DNA of 43,873 nucleotides from Paracoccaceae bacterium. Its GTDB lineage: Bacteria; Pseudomonadota; Alphaproteobacteria; Rhodobacterales; Rhodobacteraceae. The translations under genes and the position numbers were made by a program. The stretch lies in the NCBI GenBank assembly GCA_017854675.1, contig JAFMHE010000001.1:1-43873 (forward strand). The letters are read 5' to 3'. Within the stretch, counting starts at the first letter, position 1. Every line of letters begins with the position of its first letter. Positions 10,012 through 20,774 of the stretch are shown here, piece by piece. The notes below the pieces were generated by a model. That model was not told the DNA's origin. It ran no database searches and saw only the letters and a list, made by a program, of their open reading frames with translations.

Positions 10012-11406
10012 ATGGCTGCACAATCCTTTGATCTTATTGTCATCGGGGCTGGTCCGGGGGGCTATGTTGCGGCCATTCGTGGCGCGCAATTGGGCATGAA
10101 GGTCGCCATCATCGAACGCGAGAACCTTGGCGGTATCTGTCTGAATTGGGGATGTATCCCGACCAAGGCGATGCTGCGGTCCTCCGAAGTGTTCCATCTG
10201 ATGCAGCGCGCCAAGGAATTCGGCCTTAAGGCGGATGGCATCGACTATGATCTGGACGCGGTGGTGAAACGGTCGCGCAAAGTGGCCGGTCAGCTGTCTG
10301 GCGGCATCGGTCATTTGATGAAAAAGAACAAAATCACCGTCTTTATGGGCGAGGCGCGCATTCCGGCCAAAGGAAAGGTCAGCGTCAAATCCGACAAAGG
10401 CACCGAAGAGCTGACGGCAAAGAACATCGTTCTGGCCACCGGGGCGCGTGCCCGCGAGCTGCCGGGGCTTGAGGCCGATGGCAAGCTGGTCTGGACCTAC
10501 CGCCACGCCTTGCAGCCCGTGCACATGCCCAAAAAACTGCTGGTGATCGGATCAGGTGCTATCGGCATCGAATTTGCCAGCTTTTACAACACGCTGGGCG
10601 CGGATACGACAGTGGTTGAAGTTATGGACCGTGTCCTGCCGGTAGAAGACGAAGAAATTTCCGCCTTTGCCAAGAAAGCCTTTGAAAAGCAGGGCATGAA
10701 GATCATGCAGAAAGCGATGGTCAAGAAACTTGACCGCGCGGGCGACAAAGTGACTGCCCACATCGAAGTGGGCGGCAAGACCGAGACACATGAATTCGAT
10801 ACGGTCATTTCTGCCGTGGGCATTGTCGGCAACATCGAAAACCTGGGCCTTGAAGAATTGGGCGTCACAATCGACCGCACCCATGTCGTGACGGACGAAT
10901 ATTGCCGCACCGGCGTGGATGGGCTTTATGCCATTGGCGACATCGCAGGCGCACCATGGCTTGCGCACAAGGCCAGCCACGAGGGCGTCATGGTCGCCGA
11001 TCTGATCGCCGGAAAACACGCCCATCCCGTCAAACCCGAAAGTATTGCAGGCTGCACCTATTGCCACCCGCAAGTCGCATCGGTCGGCTACACCGAGGCG
11101 AAGGCAAAAGAGCTGGGCTATGACATCAAGGTCGGGCGCTTTCCCTTTGTCGGCAACGGCAAGGCCATTGCTTTGGGCGAAGAGAACGGCATGATCAAAA
11201 CCATCTTTGACGCCAAGACGGGCGAGTTGTTGGGCGCGCATATGATCGGGGCAGAGGTAACCGAACTGATTCAGGGCTATGTCGTGGGCCGCCAGTTGGA
11301 AACTACTGAAGAAGACCTGATGAACACCGTCTTCCCGCATCCGACCTTGAGCGAAATGATGCACGAGTCGGTTCTCGACGCTTACGACCGCGTAATCCAT
11401 ATGTGA
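10012..11406 (+). CDS. lpdA: Dihydrolipoyl dehydrogenase (E3)
   Basis: GAGPGGY, GGICLNWGCIPTK, GSGAIG and HPTLSE motifs. Confidence 0.97.
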   Translation: MAAQSFDLIVIGAGPGGYVAAIRGAQLGMKVAIIERENLGGICLNWGCIPTKAMLRSSEVFHLMQRAKEFGLKADGIDYDLDAVVKRSRKVAGQLSGGIGHLMKKNKITVFMGEARIPAKGKVSVKSDKGTEELTAKNIVLATGARARELPGLEADGKLVWTYRHALQPVHMPKKLLVIGSGAIGIEFASFYNTLGADTTVVEVMDRVLPVEDEEISAFAKKAFEKQGMKIMQKAMVKKLDRAGDKVTAHIEVGGKTETHEFDTVISAVGIVGNIENLGLEELGVTIDRTHVVTDEYCRTGVDGLYAIGDIAGAPWLAHKASHEGVMVADLIAGKHAHPVKPESIAGCTYCHPQVASVGYTEAKAKELGYDIKVGRFPFVGNGKAIALGEENGMIKTIFDAKTGELLGAHMIGAEVTELIQGYVVGRQLETTEEDLMNTVFPHPTLSEMMHESVLDAYDRVIHM

Positions 11407-11478
11407 TGCATCGCGCGGTGGCGCAGGCGGCGTTGCACTTGTAGGCTGACCAGGAATATCCGCAACAGGAGCAGTCCC

Positions 11479-12039
11479 TTGGTCAGTCTGAACCGCGTCG
11501 TGATGCAGCCCAAAAGCCGCCGAATGATACAGGCGCTTGGCCCCAAAACGCTGGACGTCGCCGAGGTGTCCGGCAAATGGGGCCAGATGTTCAACTTCAA
11601 AAGCTATGAACAGTTCTGGTATCCCGCCCATGATATTTGTCTGGGGCCTTACAGGGATTCGGCTGGCAAGACCCGCACGTTTGATCTGATCCTTGCCAAT
11701 CAGGTCTGGGAACATCTGGACCGACCTTATGCCGCCACCGGCCATGTCTATGACATGCTGCGCCCGCTTGGGTATTTCTGGCTGGCCGTGCCGTTCTTTG
11801 TGCCATTGCACGCCGCGCCCCAAGACAATTCAAGATGGAGCGCGCGGGGCCTCAAGAACCTGTTGATCGAATGCGGTTTTGAGGAAGAAGCGATCTATGC
11901 CGAGCAATGGGGCAACCGCCACGTCGCGCTGCGTAACATGGAAGAGGTCTGGCCGCCGGTCTACGATGAGGCTACCGATACCCTCAAGAACGACCCGAAC
12001 ATGCCTGTGTGTTCTTGGGCATTGGCACAAAAGGTCTGA
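11479..12039 (+). CDS. Class I SAM-dependent methyltransferase-like protein
   Basis: AGGAG RBS then TTG start. FDLILANQVWEHL...LRPLG motif; the glycine-rich motif I is degenerate (EVSGKWG). Confidence 0.7.
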   Translation: MVSLNRVVMQPKSRRMIQALGPKTLDVAEVSGKWGQMFNFKSYEQFWYPAHDICLGPYRDSAGKTRTFDLILANQVWEHLDRPYAATGHVYDMLRPLGYFWLAVPFFVPLHAAPQDNSRWSARGLKNLLIECGFEEEAIYAEQWGNRHVALRNMEEVWPPVYDEATDTLKNDPNMPVCSWALAQKV

Positions 12040-13197
12040 ATGGAACAGAAAACCTCTTTCCCGCTCGTTTTTGCGTTGTGGGGTGCCGGTTTGGGCGCTG
12101 CCGCGCAATACGGCAAAATGTCTGTTATCTTTGACATACTGCCGGGGGCCTATCCTGACGCAGGGGCAAACATCGGCTGGATCGTGTCCCTTGTGGGCGG
12201 TGTTGGCATCCTGTTCGGTGTGATTGCCGGTGTTTTGGTGGCGCGCATTCGCTACCGCCGCGCGCTGCTGTGGGCGTTGTGGTTGGGCGCTATAGTCTCT
12301 TTTATTCAAGCGTTTTTGCCGCCGCTGTCGTGGATGCTGTTCAGCCGGATTGCCGAAGGTGCGTCGCATCTGGTTATTGTCGTGGCGGCCCCGACATTGA
12401 TCGCGCAACTCAGTGCGCCGCGCCATCGCGGCTTTACCCTGACGCTATGGGGCACGTTCTTTGGTGTCGCTTTTGCAATTCTCGCCTTTGCGGGCAGGCC
12501 TTTGGCAGAAAGCTACGGATTGCCTGCGTTGTTCGCCGCGCATGGGGTTTATATGGCTATCTTTGCGCTGTACCTGTCTGCACGGCTGCGCGCCTTACCG
12601 CCCGAGGATGCGCAACCCGTTTTGTCACTGCCTGCGGTGCTGCGCAGCCACGTCACAATCTACACCTCTGCGCGCCTTGCCGCACCGGCTGCGGGCTGGT
12701 TGTTTTACACGTTCAGCTTTGTTTCCATTCTGACGGTTTTACCGCCCTTTCTGGACCCGGGTCTGCGCCACATAATTATGGGCGCAATGCCCATCGTCAG
12801 CATCATTGTCTCAATGACCTTTGGCGTATTTCTGCTGCGCTATATCTCGGCTGTTCAGGTGATCGAATTTGGCTTTGCTTTATCCTTTCTCTGCGCCCTC
12901 TGGCTTTGGTTCATGCCCGGTTTCCCCATTGCTTGTCTTGCTCTTGCAGGCGCCATGGGATTGATCCAAGGGGCCAGCTTTGCAGCGGTGCCGCAACTGA
13001 ACGCGACCGCGTCGGGGCAGTCACAAGCCAATGGTGCGATGGCCCAGATGGGCAACATCGGTAATACGCTGGGCACGCCGGTGATGGCCGCAGCGTTGGT
13101 TGGCATGGGATATGCGGCCCTGCCGGTCCTCGCTGGTGTGGCCTTTGCGGCCGGGCTTGTCGTGCATGTCTGGCTTGGGACATTGCGCCGCGATTGA
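12040..13197 (+). CDS. MFS transporter
   Basis: About 12 TM segments, SRIAEG motif; abuts the upstream stop codon. Confidence 0.85.
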   Translation: MEQKTSFPLVFALWGAGLGAAAQYGKMSVIFDILPGAYPDAGANIGWIVSLVGGVGILFGVIAGVLVARIRYRRALLWALWLGAIVSFIQAFLPPLSWMLFSRIAEGASHLVIVVAAPTLIAQLSAPRHRGFTLTLWGTFFGVAFAILAFAGRPLAESYGLPALFAAHGVYMAIFALYLSARLRALPPEDAQPVLSLPAVLRSHVTIYTSARLAAPAAGWLFYTFSFVSILTVLPPFLDPGLRHIIMGAMPIVSIIVSMTFGVFLLRYISAVQVIEFGFALSFLCALWLWFMPGFPIACLALAGAMGLIQGASFAAVPQLNATASGQSQANGAMAQMGNIGNTLGTPVMAAALVGMGYAALPVLAGVAFAAGLVVHVWLGTLRRD

Positions 13198-13201
13198 CGC
13201 C

Positions 13202-13216
13202 GTTCTCCTTTCGTAC
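13202..13216 (+). promoter_or_regulatory. LexA (SOS) box of alphaproteobacterial type
   Basis: GTTC-TCCTTTC-GTAC (GTTC-N7-GTWC), just downstream of a -35-like TTGACG (13194-13199) and upstream of uvrA. Confidence 0.8.
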
Positions 13217-13279
13217 TCAATTTTCCGTTGGAGAATCCTACACGCACGACTATGTACAAAGGCTTAACGGGGGTTTGTT

Positions 13280-16141
13280 ATGGCTGAGCTGAAATACATC
13301 GAAGTGCGCGGCGCGCGCGAGCACAATCTCAAGAACATCGATGTGGACATCCCGCGCGATCAGCTTGTTGTTATTACAGGACTTTCCGGGTCAGGAAAGT
13401 CATCTTTGGCCTTTGACACGATCTATGCGGAAGGCCAACGCAGGTACGTCGAATCGCTGTCGGCTTATGCGCGGCAGTTCCTTGATATGATGCAAAAACC
13501 GGATGTGGACCACATTTCCGGTCTCAGCCCCGCGATTTCGATTGAACAAAAGACAACGTCAAAAAACCCGCGCTCAACCGTCGGCACTGTCACGGAAATT
13601 TATGACTACATGCGTCTGCTTTTTGCGCGGGTCGGCACGCCCTATTCGCCCGCGACCGGAAAACCGATTGAGGCGCAACAGGTGCAGGACATGGTGGACC
13701 GCACCATGACCATGGAGGAGGGGACGCGCGGCTATCTGCTTGCCCCGATTATCCGGGACCGCAAAGGCGAATACCGCAAGGAATTCATTGAGTTGCGCAA
13801 ACAGGGCTTCCAACGCGTCAAGGTTGACGGTGCATTTTATGATCTGGATGAGCCGCCGACGCTGGACAAGAAGTTCCGGCACGATATCGACGTTGTCGTC
13901 GACCGTATTGTGGTTCGCGCAGGTTTGGAAACGCGTCTAGCCGACAGTTTGCGCACCGCGCTTGACCTTGCCGACGGCATCGCAATTCTGGAAACAGCAC
14001 CAGCCGAGGGCGAACCTGAACGCTACACGTTCTCAGAGAAATTTGCTTGCCCTGTCAGCGGCTTTACCATCCCGGAAATCGAACCCCGGCTTTTTTCATT
14101 CAACGCGCCGTTTGGAGCATGCCCGTCCTGTGACGGCCTTGGTGTCGAGTTGTTCTTTGACGAACGGTTGGTTGTGCCCGATCAGAACCTCAAAATCTAC
14201 GATGGTGCGCTCGCTCCATGGCGCAAGGGAAAAAGTCCCTATTTCAAGCAGACGATCGAAGCGATCGCCAAGCATTACAAGTTCGACCAGAACACCAAAT
14301 GGAAAGATCTCGATGCTGATGTGCAGAAAGTCTTTCTATATGGCTCGGGTAAAGAAGAGATTAAGTTCCGCTATGACGAAGGGGGCCGCGTCTACGAAGT
14401 AAGCCGCGTGTTCGAAGGTGTCATTCCAAACATGGAGCGCCGCTACCGCGAGACTGACAGCAACTGGATTCGTGAAGAATTCGAGCGCTATCAGAACAAC
14501 CGGTCCTGCGGAACTTGCGAAGGCTACCGGCTGCGTCCCGAGGCTTTGGCAGTCAGGATTGCTGACCTGCATGCGGGACAAGTCGTCCAGATGTCCATCA
14601 AGGATGCCTTTGACTGGTGTGAGACCGTTCCAAGCCGTCTGACAGTGCAGAAAAACGAGATTGCGAAGGCGATTTTGAAGGAAATCAGAGAGCGCCTTGG
14701 ATTTTTGAATAACGTTGGATTAGAATACCTTACGCTGGCACGTTCAAGTGGCACATTAAGTGGGGGGGAAAGCCAGCGCATTCGACTTGCCTCTCAAATC
14801 GGGTCTGGCCTGACAGGCGTGCTGTATGTGCTGGATGAGCCTTCCATCGGCCTGCACCAACGCGACAATGACCGCTTGCTTTTGACTCTCAAGAACCTGC
14901 GTGATCAGGGAAATACAGTGATCGTGGTAGAACACGACGAAGAAGCCATTCGCGAGGCGGATTACGTTTTTGACATTGGGCCAGGTGCAGGCGTGCATGG
15001 CGGTCGGGTTGTCAGTCATGGCAAGCCGGAACAGATTGCGGCGGACCCGAATTCCGTGACCGGTCAATACCTCACGGGTGCGCGTGAAATCCCCATTCCG
15101 CCCAAGCGCCGCAAAGGGAATAAGAAGAAAATTCAAGTGGTTAAGGCAACCGGGAACAACCTTCAGAACGTGACGGTCGATTTCCCGTTGGCCAAATTCG
15201 TTTGTGTTACGGGTGTTTCCGGCGGCGGAAAATCGACGCTGACGATTGAGACATTGTTCAAAACGGCATCCATGAACTTGAACGGTGCGCGACAAACGCC
15301 TGCGCCCTGCCAAACGATCAAAGGGTTGGAACATCTCGACAAAGTCATTGATATCGACCAGCGGCCGATTGGCCGTACACCCCGCTCTAACCCGGCGACT
15401 TACACCGGTGCATTCACACCGATCCGAGATTGGTTCGCGGGACTTCCTGAAGCAAAAGCAAGAGGTTACAAGCCGGGGCGGTTTTCCTTTAACGTCAAGG
15501 GGGGGCGCTGCGAAGCCTGCCAGGGCGATGGTGTAATCAAGATCGAAATGCATTTTCTGCCGGATGTTTATGTCGAATGCGAGACCTGCAAAGGTGCCCG
15601 GTACAACCGGGAAACACTGGAGATCAAATTCAAGGGTAGGAGCATCGCCGATGTGCTTGATATGACAGTAGAAGATGCGCAAACCTTCTTTCAGGCGGTG
15701 CCGTCGATCCGGGAAAAAATGGACGCGCTGATGCGGGTCGGTCTTGGCTATATCAAAGTTGGTCAGCAGGCGACGACACTGTCGGGTGGCGAGGCGCAGC
15801 GCGTAAAACTATCAAAGGAATTGAGTAAACGCTCAACGGGACGCACGCTTTATATTCTGGATGAACCCACCACGGGTCTGCACTTTGAAGATGTTCGTAA
15901 GTTATTGGAAGTGCTGCACGAATTGGTTGATCAGGGCAATTCGGTGATCGTTATTGAACACAATCTTGATGTGGTGAAAACCGCCGATTACATCATTGAT
16001 ATTGGTCCCGAAGGCGGCGATGGCGGTGGCTGTGTTGTGGCCACAGGCACGCCCGAGCAGGTTGCGGAAGTGGTGGAGAGCTATACGGGCAGGTACCTGA
16101 AGCCTATGTTGGAAAAGCGTGCGAAAGTTGCCGCCGAGTAA
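13280..16141 (+). CDS. uvrA: Excinuclease ABC subunit A
   Basis: GAREHNLKN, two Walker A motifs ([16 protein letters not shown]), two LSGGE signatures and Zn-finger CxxC pairs. Confidence 0.99.
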   Translation: MAELKYIEVRGAREHNLKNIDVDIPRDQLVVITGLSGSGKSSLAFDTIYAEGQRRYVESLSAYARQFLDMMQKPDVDHISGLSPAISIEQKTTSKNPRSTVGTVTEIYDYMRLLFARVGTPYSPATGKPIEAQQVQDMVDRTMTMEEGTRGYLLAPIIRDRKGEYRKEFIELRKQGFQRVKVDGAFYDLDEPPTLDKKFRHDIDVVVDRIVVRAGLETRLADSLRTALDLADGIAILETAPAEGEPERYTFSEKFACPVSGFTIPEIEPRLFSFNAPFGACPSCDGLGVELFFDERLVVPDQNLKIYDGALAPWRKGKSPYFKQTIEAIAKHYKFDQNTKWKDLDADVQKVFLYGSGKEEIKFRYDEGGRVYEVSRVFEGVIPNMERRYRETDSNWIREEFERYQNNRSCGTCEGYRLRPEALAVRIADLHAGQVVQMSIKDAFDWCETVPSRLTVQKNEIAKAILKEIRERLGFLNNVGLEYLTLARSSGTLSGGESQRIRLASQIGSGLTGVLYVLDEPSIGLHQRDNDRLLLTLKNLRDQGNTVIVVEHDEEAIREADYVFDIGPGAGVHGGRVVSHGKPEQIAADPNSVTGQYLTGAREIPIPPKRRKGNKKKIQVVKATGNNLQNVTVDFPLAKFVCVTGVSGGGKSTLTIETLFKTASMNLNGARQTPAPCQTIKGLEHLDKVIDIDQRPIGRTPRSNPATYTGAFTPIRDWFAGLPEAKARGYKPGRFSFNVKGGRCEACQGDGVIKIEMHFLPDVYVECETCKGARYNRETLEIKFKGRSIADVLDMTVEDAQTFFQAVPSIREKMDALMRVGLGYIKVGQQATTLSGGEAQRVKLSKELSKRSTGRTLYILDEPTTGLHFEDVRKLLEVLHELVDQGNSVIVIEHNLDVVKTADYIIDIGPEGGDGGGCVVATGTPEQVAEVVESYTGRYLKPMLEKRAKVAAE

Positions 16142-16162
16142 GGGCGAAATATCTGATTTCTG

Positions 16163-17500
16163 CTATCTGGCCGAAAGGCATAGATCCAGGAGCCGACTGA
16201 AATCCTTTGGTGGCAGGCTGTCGAACTGACCGCATAGGGTTTCTATTTCGTCTGCTCGACGTGCGCCGACAACAGGATCGGCAAAAAGGTGAAACTTTTC
16301 AGATATTTCCGCATCTGAAAGGGGCAGATCACTGTCACCCTTTGGCGTCCTTGGTTCGTCCTGAAAACGGCGACCATCATGCGTATGCAAAGTAACTTGC
16401 GCCCAGCGTTTTCCTTGAGAGATTTTCGTAAAATGCGGATCATCTATCAGGCGGATGCTGTCGCTTACCCGGATTATTTCAGGATCTGTTAAGGTTTCTT
16501 TGCCAAGCTCGGGTACACCGATCTGACCGCGCACAATCATTGTGGCAACGGGAAAGGCGATGCCATAGGCAAATTCGTCCGGTGTCGTGGGTCTGTGGCC
16601 GGCAAGGCGCGTCGCGTTATGGAAGGTTGCGATGTCGACACCTGAAATGTCTGTGTGATGCAGGTGGTGAACTTTCATCAAATGCGCGACAGAATCAATG
16701 CTGGGATGGGCCCAGCGACAACAGGGGTAGGGTTTGTAGCTGGTGTCTTCAACTGTGCGCCACGCAGTGCCAAGATCGGCCCAGAACTCTGGTGCGTCTT
16801 CACATGTCAGGGCAGGTGCACCGGTAAAGCCTTCACTGGCGAGGAATGCTGCAACAACGCCAGAAGGAGCGCCCCAGCCAACCCCGTCGCGCACATTTGT
16901 GGGATGATCAATGCACCGCATCATTTGGCTGCGGGGGCCGTGATATTCTCCGATGCCGGCGGCATGACGAATTTGCTCGGCACTCAGGCCCATCATGCGT
17001 GCGGCTGCCGCTGCGACACCGACGGCAGTCCATGCACCAGAGGTGTGGTAGTCGGCACAAGTCGCATGTTGCGCAAGGCCCGCACGATAGCTGATCTCAT
17101 ATCCTACAGCGATATGGCTGGCGAATGCGGCACCATCCAGGGGCTGTTCAGCGCAATCGGCCATGGCCATCAACGCCGGAAAGACAGCTGATCCCGCATG
17201 CCCCTTACAAGGCGACGTCGAATCGTGCGCGTCAACAGCATCTACCGTAAACGCACCTGCCATTGCGGCACCGGCGGGCGACAGGCGCACACCCGTCATC
17301 AAAACGCGTGATGCACCTGCAGTGCCTGTGCCGAAAGTAGCACGCGCCGCGCGCACGGCGGATTGTGCCATTTCCGTGGTTGAGGCCACTGCCGCGACGC
17401 CCATTGTGTCCAAAAAAGACCGGCGCAGGATGACGAGCAAGGATTCAGGAAGATCCGAATACCTCAGTTCTGCCGAAAAGGTGTGAAAAGGCACAGTCAT
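16163..17500 (-). CDS. MmgE/PrpD family protein
   Basis: LDTMGV, DAHD...GHAGS, GYEI and KPYPCCRWAH motifs; 445 aa. Confidence 0.88.
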   Translation of the reverse strand: MTVPFHTFSAELRYSDLPESLLVILRRSFLDTMGVAAVASTTEMAQSAVRAARATFGTGTAGASRVLMTGVRLSPAGAAMAGAFTVDAVDAHDSTSPCKGHAGSAVFPALMAMADCAEQPLDGAAFASHIAVGYEISYRAGLAQHATCADYHTSGAWTAVGVAAAAARMMGLSAEQIRHAAGIGEYHGPRSQMMRCIDHPTNVRDGVGWGAPSGVVAAFLASEGFTGAPALTCEDAPEFWADLGTAWRTVEDTSYKPYPCCRWAHPSIDSVAHLMKVHHLHHTDISGVDIATFHNATRLAGHRPTTPDEFAYGIAFPVATMIVRGQIGVPELGKETLTDPEIIRVSDSIRLIDDPHFTKISQGKRWAQVTLHTHDGRRFQDEPRTPKGDSDLPLSDAEISEKFHLFADPVVGARRADEIETLCGQFDSLPPKDFSRLLDLCLSAR

Positions 17501-17571
17501 CGCATTGCTCCAAACTAGACGCTGACGTCAGCCTACTGTCGCGAAGCCTGTGCGATTGCCTGAAAACGACT

Positions 17572-18456
17572 TTAGTCGTCGCGGCCACGTGCTGCAAACC
17601 GCGGCAACATCGCAGAAAAATCGCGACCGCGGCCGTTTTCGTCTTCGACAAATGTGCGATAAAGTTCCAACGCGCGCGCGCCCATGGGGGTATCTGCATC
17701 AACCAGTTCGGCCGCCTGTTGACTAAGGCCAAGGTCCTTCAGCATCAATTCCGCTGCAAAACCAGGTGTATAGCCGTTGTCTGCGGGAGAGGTCGGCCCG
17801 ACACCCGGGGCGGGGCAATAGGCATTCATCGACCAGCTATAGCCGGATGACGTGCTCACGACATCAAACATCTTCTGCCGCTCAAGTCCCAGTTTGTCAG
17901 CAAGCGCAAAGGCTTCGCAAGTGGCGATCATCGTGGCGCCAAGGATCATGTTGTTGCAGATTTTGGCCGCTTGACCGGCACCCGCATCGCCGCAATGGAC
18001 GGCCTTTTGTCCCATAATCTCAAACAAGGGCGCCGCGGTTGCGAACGCCTCTGCGGTGCCACCGGCCATGAACGTCAGCGTCCCTGCCGCAGCCCCGCCG
18101 ATGCCACCCGATACCGGCGCATCCACGCATAATATGTTTTTGTCTGTTGCGGCTTGCGCGACATTGCGCGCGCTTTCGACATCGACCGTTGAGCAATCAA
18201 TCAAAGTCGCCCCCGCACGCATGTGATCAAGCGCGAGTGCGGCAACCTCGCGCAGGATCGTGCCGTTTGGTAACATGGTGATCACGACATCCGCGCCTTC
18301 AACAGCCTCCGGAATGCTGCCAACCGATGTAACGCCGGTAGCCGCTGTGCCCGCCACGTCATAGCTGCGCAAACTATGACCCGCCGCCGCGAGGTTCGCA
18401 GCCATAGGGGCCCCCATATTGCCCAGTCCAATAAAACCAATTGTGAGTGCGGTCAT
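17572..18456 (-). CDS. mmsB: 3-hydroxyisobutyrate dehydrogenase
   Basis: GFIGLGNMGAPMA, DAPVSGG, KICNN and PAPGVGP motifs. Confidence 0.95.
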   Translation of the reverse strand: MTALTIGFIGLGNMGAPMAANLAAAGHSLRSYDVAGTAATGVTSVGSIPEAVEGADVVITMLPNGTILREVAALALDHMRAGATLIDCSTVDVESARNVAQAATDKNILCVDAPVSGGIGGAAAGTLTFMAGGTAEAFATAAPLFEIMGQKAVHCGDAGAGQAAKICNNMILGATMIATCEAFALADKLGLERQKMFDVVSTSSGYSWSMNAYCPAPGVGPTSPADNGYTPGFAAELMLKDLGLSQQAAELVDADTPMGARALELYRTFVEDENGRGRDFSAMLPRFAARGRDD

Positions 18457-18465
18457 GGTGATCTC

Positions 18466-19497
18466 CTAAAGTTTCAAGGCGTTTTTGCCCAAGGGTTGCA
18501 GCATCTTGGATACCGCCGCAAGCGGGACCTGCATGTCTGGATATTGCCATTCGGGGGTGCGGTCCTTGTCGATAATCGCCGCACGAATCCCTTCAAGAAA
18601 ATCGCCATGCTCCATGGCGCGGTACGTAAACCGGTACTCCAGATCGAGCGCTTTTTCCATGTTCAGCGACGGACCGCGCAGCCTGTGCATCATTTCGACG
18701 GTGCAAGCGGCAGAAAGGGGGCTAACCCGCGAGAGCTTTTTCAAGGCATCAATAGCAAACGCGCTGTTTTCGGCGTTCAAGAGCGTCAGAATATCGCTCA
18801 GCGTTTCACCCGCAAAATGGGCATCTATTTCTGCCCTCAACGCGCGTAACTCCCCTTTAGGGGCTGCTCCGCTCGCCGCTTCAATACTGTCGGTTACGCC
18901 ACTTTCCTCCAGAGCCTTGATCACCCCGGACCACTTTAACTCTGGAATGTAAGTATCTGCAAAACCTGCATATATAGCGTCATCTGCATTCATCCTTGTG
19001 GCTGTTGTGCCAAGGTATTCGCCCAGCCGTCCAGGCGCGAGCGCCAGCATCAGCGTCCCACCAACATCCGGGACCAGACCAATGCCGCATTCGGGCATTG
19101 CGATCTGACTGCTCTGCCCCACGATGCGGTGAGAGCCGTGGCAGCCAATCCCCACACCGCCGCCCATCGTAAAGCCCTGAAGAAAGGACACGACAGGTTT
19201 GGGATATGTGAAAATCTTGTGGTTCAGCCGGTATTCATCGGCCCAGAAGGTCTGACCGTAGGCAAAATCACCTGCTCTGCCAGTGGCATAAAGCTCTGCA
19301 ATGTCGCCGCCCGAACAAAAGGCGCGGTCGCCTTCGGCGTCGATCACAATTAGTGCAACGGCATCATCGTGGCGCCATGCGTCAAATGCGGCTTCGATGG
19401 CCATACACATGTCATAGGTCATCGCGTTCAAGGCTTGGGGGCGCTGCAATGTGATGCGTCCGGCGCGCCCGGTGATGCGGATGTTGATATCGCTCAT
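18466..19497 (-). CDS. 3-hydroxyisobutyryl-CoA hydrolase (crotonase superfamily)
   Basis: AFCSGGDI, MGGGVG, MPECGIGLVPDVG and DFLEGIRAAIIDKD motifs; operon context. Confidence 0.88.
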   Translation of the reverse strand: MSDINIRITGRAGRITLQRPQALNAMTYDMCMAIEAAFDAWRHDDAVALIVIDAEGDRAFCSGGDIAELYATGRAGDFAYGQTFWADEYRLNHKIFTYPKPVVSFLQGFTMGGGVGIGCHGSHRIVGQSSQIAMPECGIGLVPDVGGTLMLALAPGRLGEYLGTTATRMNADDAIYAGFADTYIPELKWSGVIKALEESGVTDSIEAASGAAPKGELRALRAEIDAHFAGETLSDILTLLNAENSAFAIDALKKLSRVSPLSAACTVEMMHRLRGPSLNMEKALDLEYRFTYRAMEHGDFLEGIRAAIIDKDRTPEWQYPDMQVPLAAVSKMLQPLGKNALKL

Positions 19498-20636
19498 CGG
19501 TGCGCCAACAGATCACGGGCGACGATCACGCGCATGATCTCGTTTGTTCCCTCAAGAATCTGGTGCACACGCAAATCACGCACCAGCTTTTCGATCCCGT
19601 AATCCGCAAGATACCCGTACCCGCCATGCAGCTGCAGACACTGGTCGACAACTTTGCTGCCGGTTTCGGTGACAAACTTCTTGGCCATTGCACAGAATTT
19701 GGTGGCATCGGGCGCGCCTGTGTCCAATTTCCACGCGGCATGCCGCAAGAACGTCCGTGCGGCCTGCAACTCGATCTCCATATCCGCAAGCCGGAATTGC
19801 AGCCCTTGGAACTGGTCAATCGGTTTGCCGAATGCCTTGCGCTCGCCCATATACGCCAGCGTTTTGGTCAGCGCAATCTGTGCGGCACCCAAGGAACAAG
19901 CGGCGATGTTGAGGCGCCCGCCATCTAGCCCGATCATTGCATATTTGAAACCATCGCCCTCGGTTCCCACCAGATTGGTTGCAGAAATATTGCAATTGTC
20001 AAACTGGACCTGAGCGGTGGGTTGACTGCGCCAGCCCATCTTGTCTTCGAACCCGCCAAAGCTGAGGCCTTCGGTTCCCGCTTCTACATAGACCGTCGAG
20101 ACACCGCGCGCGCCTTCATCCGCGGTGCGGACCATTGCGACATAGGCATCGGAATAGCCCCCGCCTGAAATGAACGCCTTGGTTCCGTTCAGCGTGTAGC
20201 CTTCATTTGTGCGCTCAGCACGCGTCTTGAGGGCTGCGGCGTCCGACCCGGAACCGGGCTCGGTCAGGCAATAGCTCAAAACGGTGTTCATGGCGATGAT
20301 GTCGGGCATAACGCGCGACTTCAATTCGTCGCTGCCAAAGCTGTCCAGCATCTTGGCGCACATGTTGTGGATCGACAAAAAGGACGCGACAGACGGGCAC
20401 GCCATCGACAGGGCTTCAAACACAAGTGTCGCATCAAGGCGCGACAGCCCCGCACCGCCTCCATCTTCGGTGACGTAAAGCCCGCCAAATCCAAGTGCGC
20501 CGACCTCGGGCCAAAGCGTCTTTGGGATGGTTCCGGCCTTTTCCCAAGTCTGCGCATGGGGCGCGATGTGCTCTTGACCGAATGCATAGGCCATATCAAG
20601 AATGGCCGTTTGTTCTTCACTTAGCGCAAAATCCAT
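19494..20636 (-). CDS. Isobutyryl-CoA (acyl-CoA) dehydrogenase
   Basis: Start moved to ATG 20636 (MDFALSEEQ, RBS GGAGG). YCLTEPGSGSD, LNGTKAFIS, QLHGGYGY and ILEGTNEI motifs. Confidence 0.92.
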   Translation of the reverse strand: MDFALSEEQTAILDMAYAFGQEHIAPHAQTWEKAGTIPKTLWPEVGALGFGGLYVTEDGGGAGLSRLDATLVFEALSMACPSVASFLSIHNMCAKMLDSFGSDELKSRVMPDIIAMNTVLSYCLTEPGSGSDAAALKTRAERTNEGYTLNGTKAFISGGGYSDAYVAMVRTADEGARGVSTVYVEAGTEGLSFGGFEDKMGWRSQPTAQVQFDNCNISATNLVGTEGDGFKYAMIGLDGGRLNIAACSLGAAQIALTKTLAYMGERKAFGKPIDQFQGLQFRLADMEIELQAARTFLRHAAWKLDTGAPDATKFCAMAKKFVTETGSKVVDQCLQLHGGYGYLADYGIEKLVRDLRVHQILEGTNEIMRVIVARDLLAHR

Positions 20637-20709
20637 TTCGCTTCCTCCCTGAAACTCATCACCAGCTACGCACCAAACCTTGCAGGAATTTGTCGAGACC
20701 AGATCCCGT

Positions 20710-20732
20710 TTCAATTTTCCAAATAAACCTCC
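20710..20732 (-). repeat. Dispersed intergenic element, copy 1
   Basis: Reverse complement reads GGAGGTTTATTTGGAAAATTGAA, identical to 22430-22452. Confidence 0.85.
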
Positions 20733-20774
20733 CCCCGGAGGGCCGGGAAGAGGTCAGGCGCAAAGAGTGCGGTT

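Noticed and set aside
10552-11823. 423-aa minus-strand ORF
   Set aside because: Antisense shadow of lpdA, expected from high-GC codon bias.
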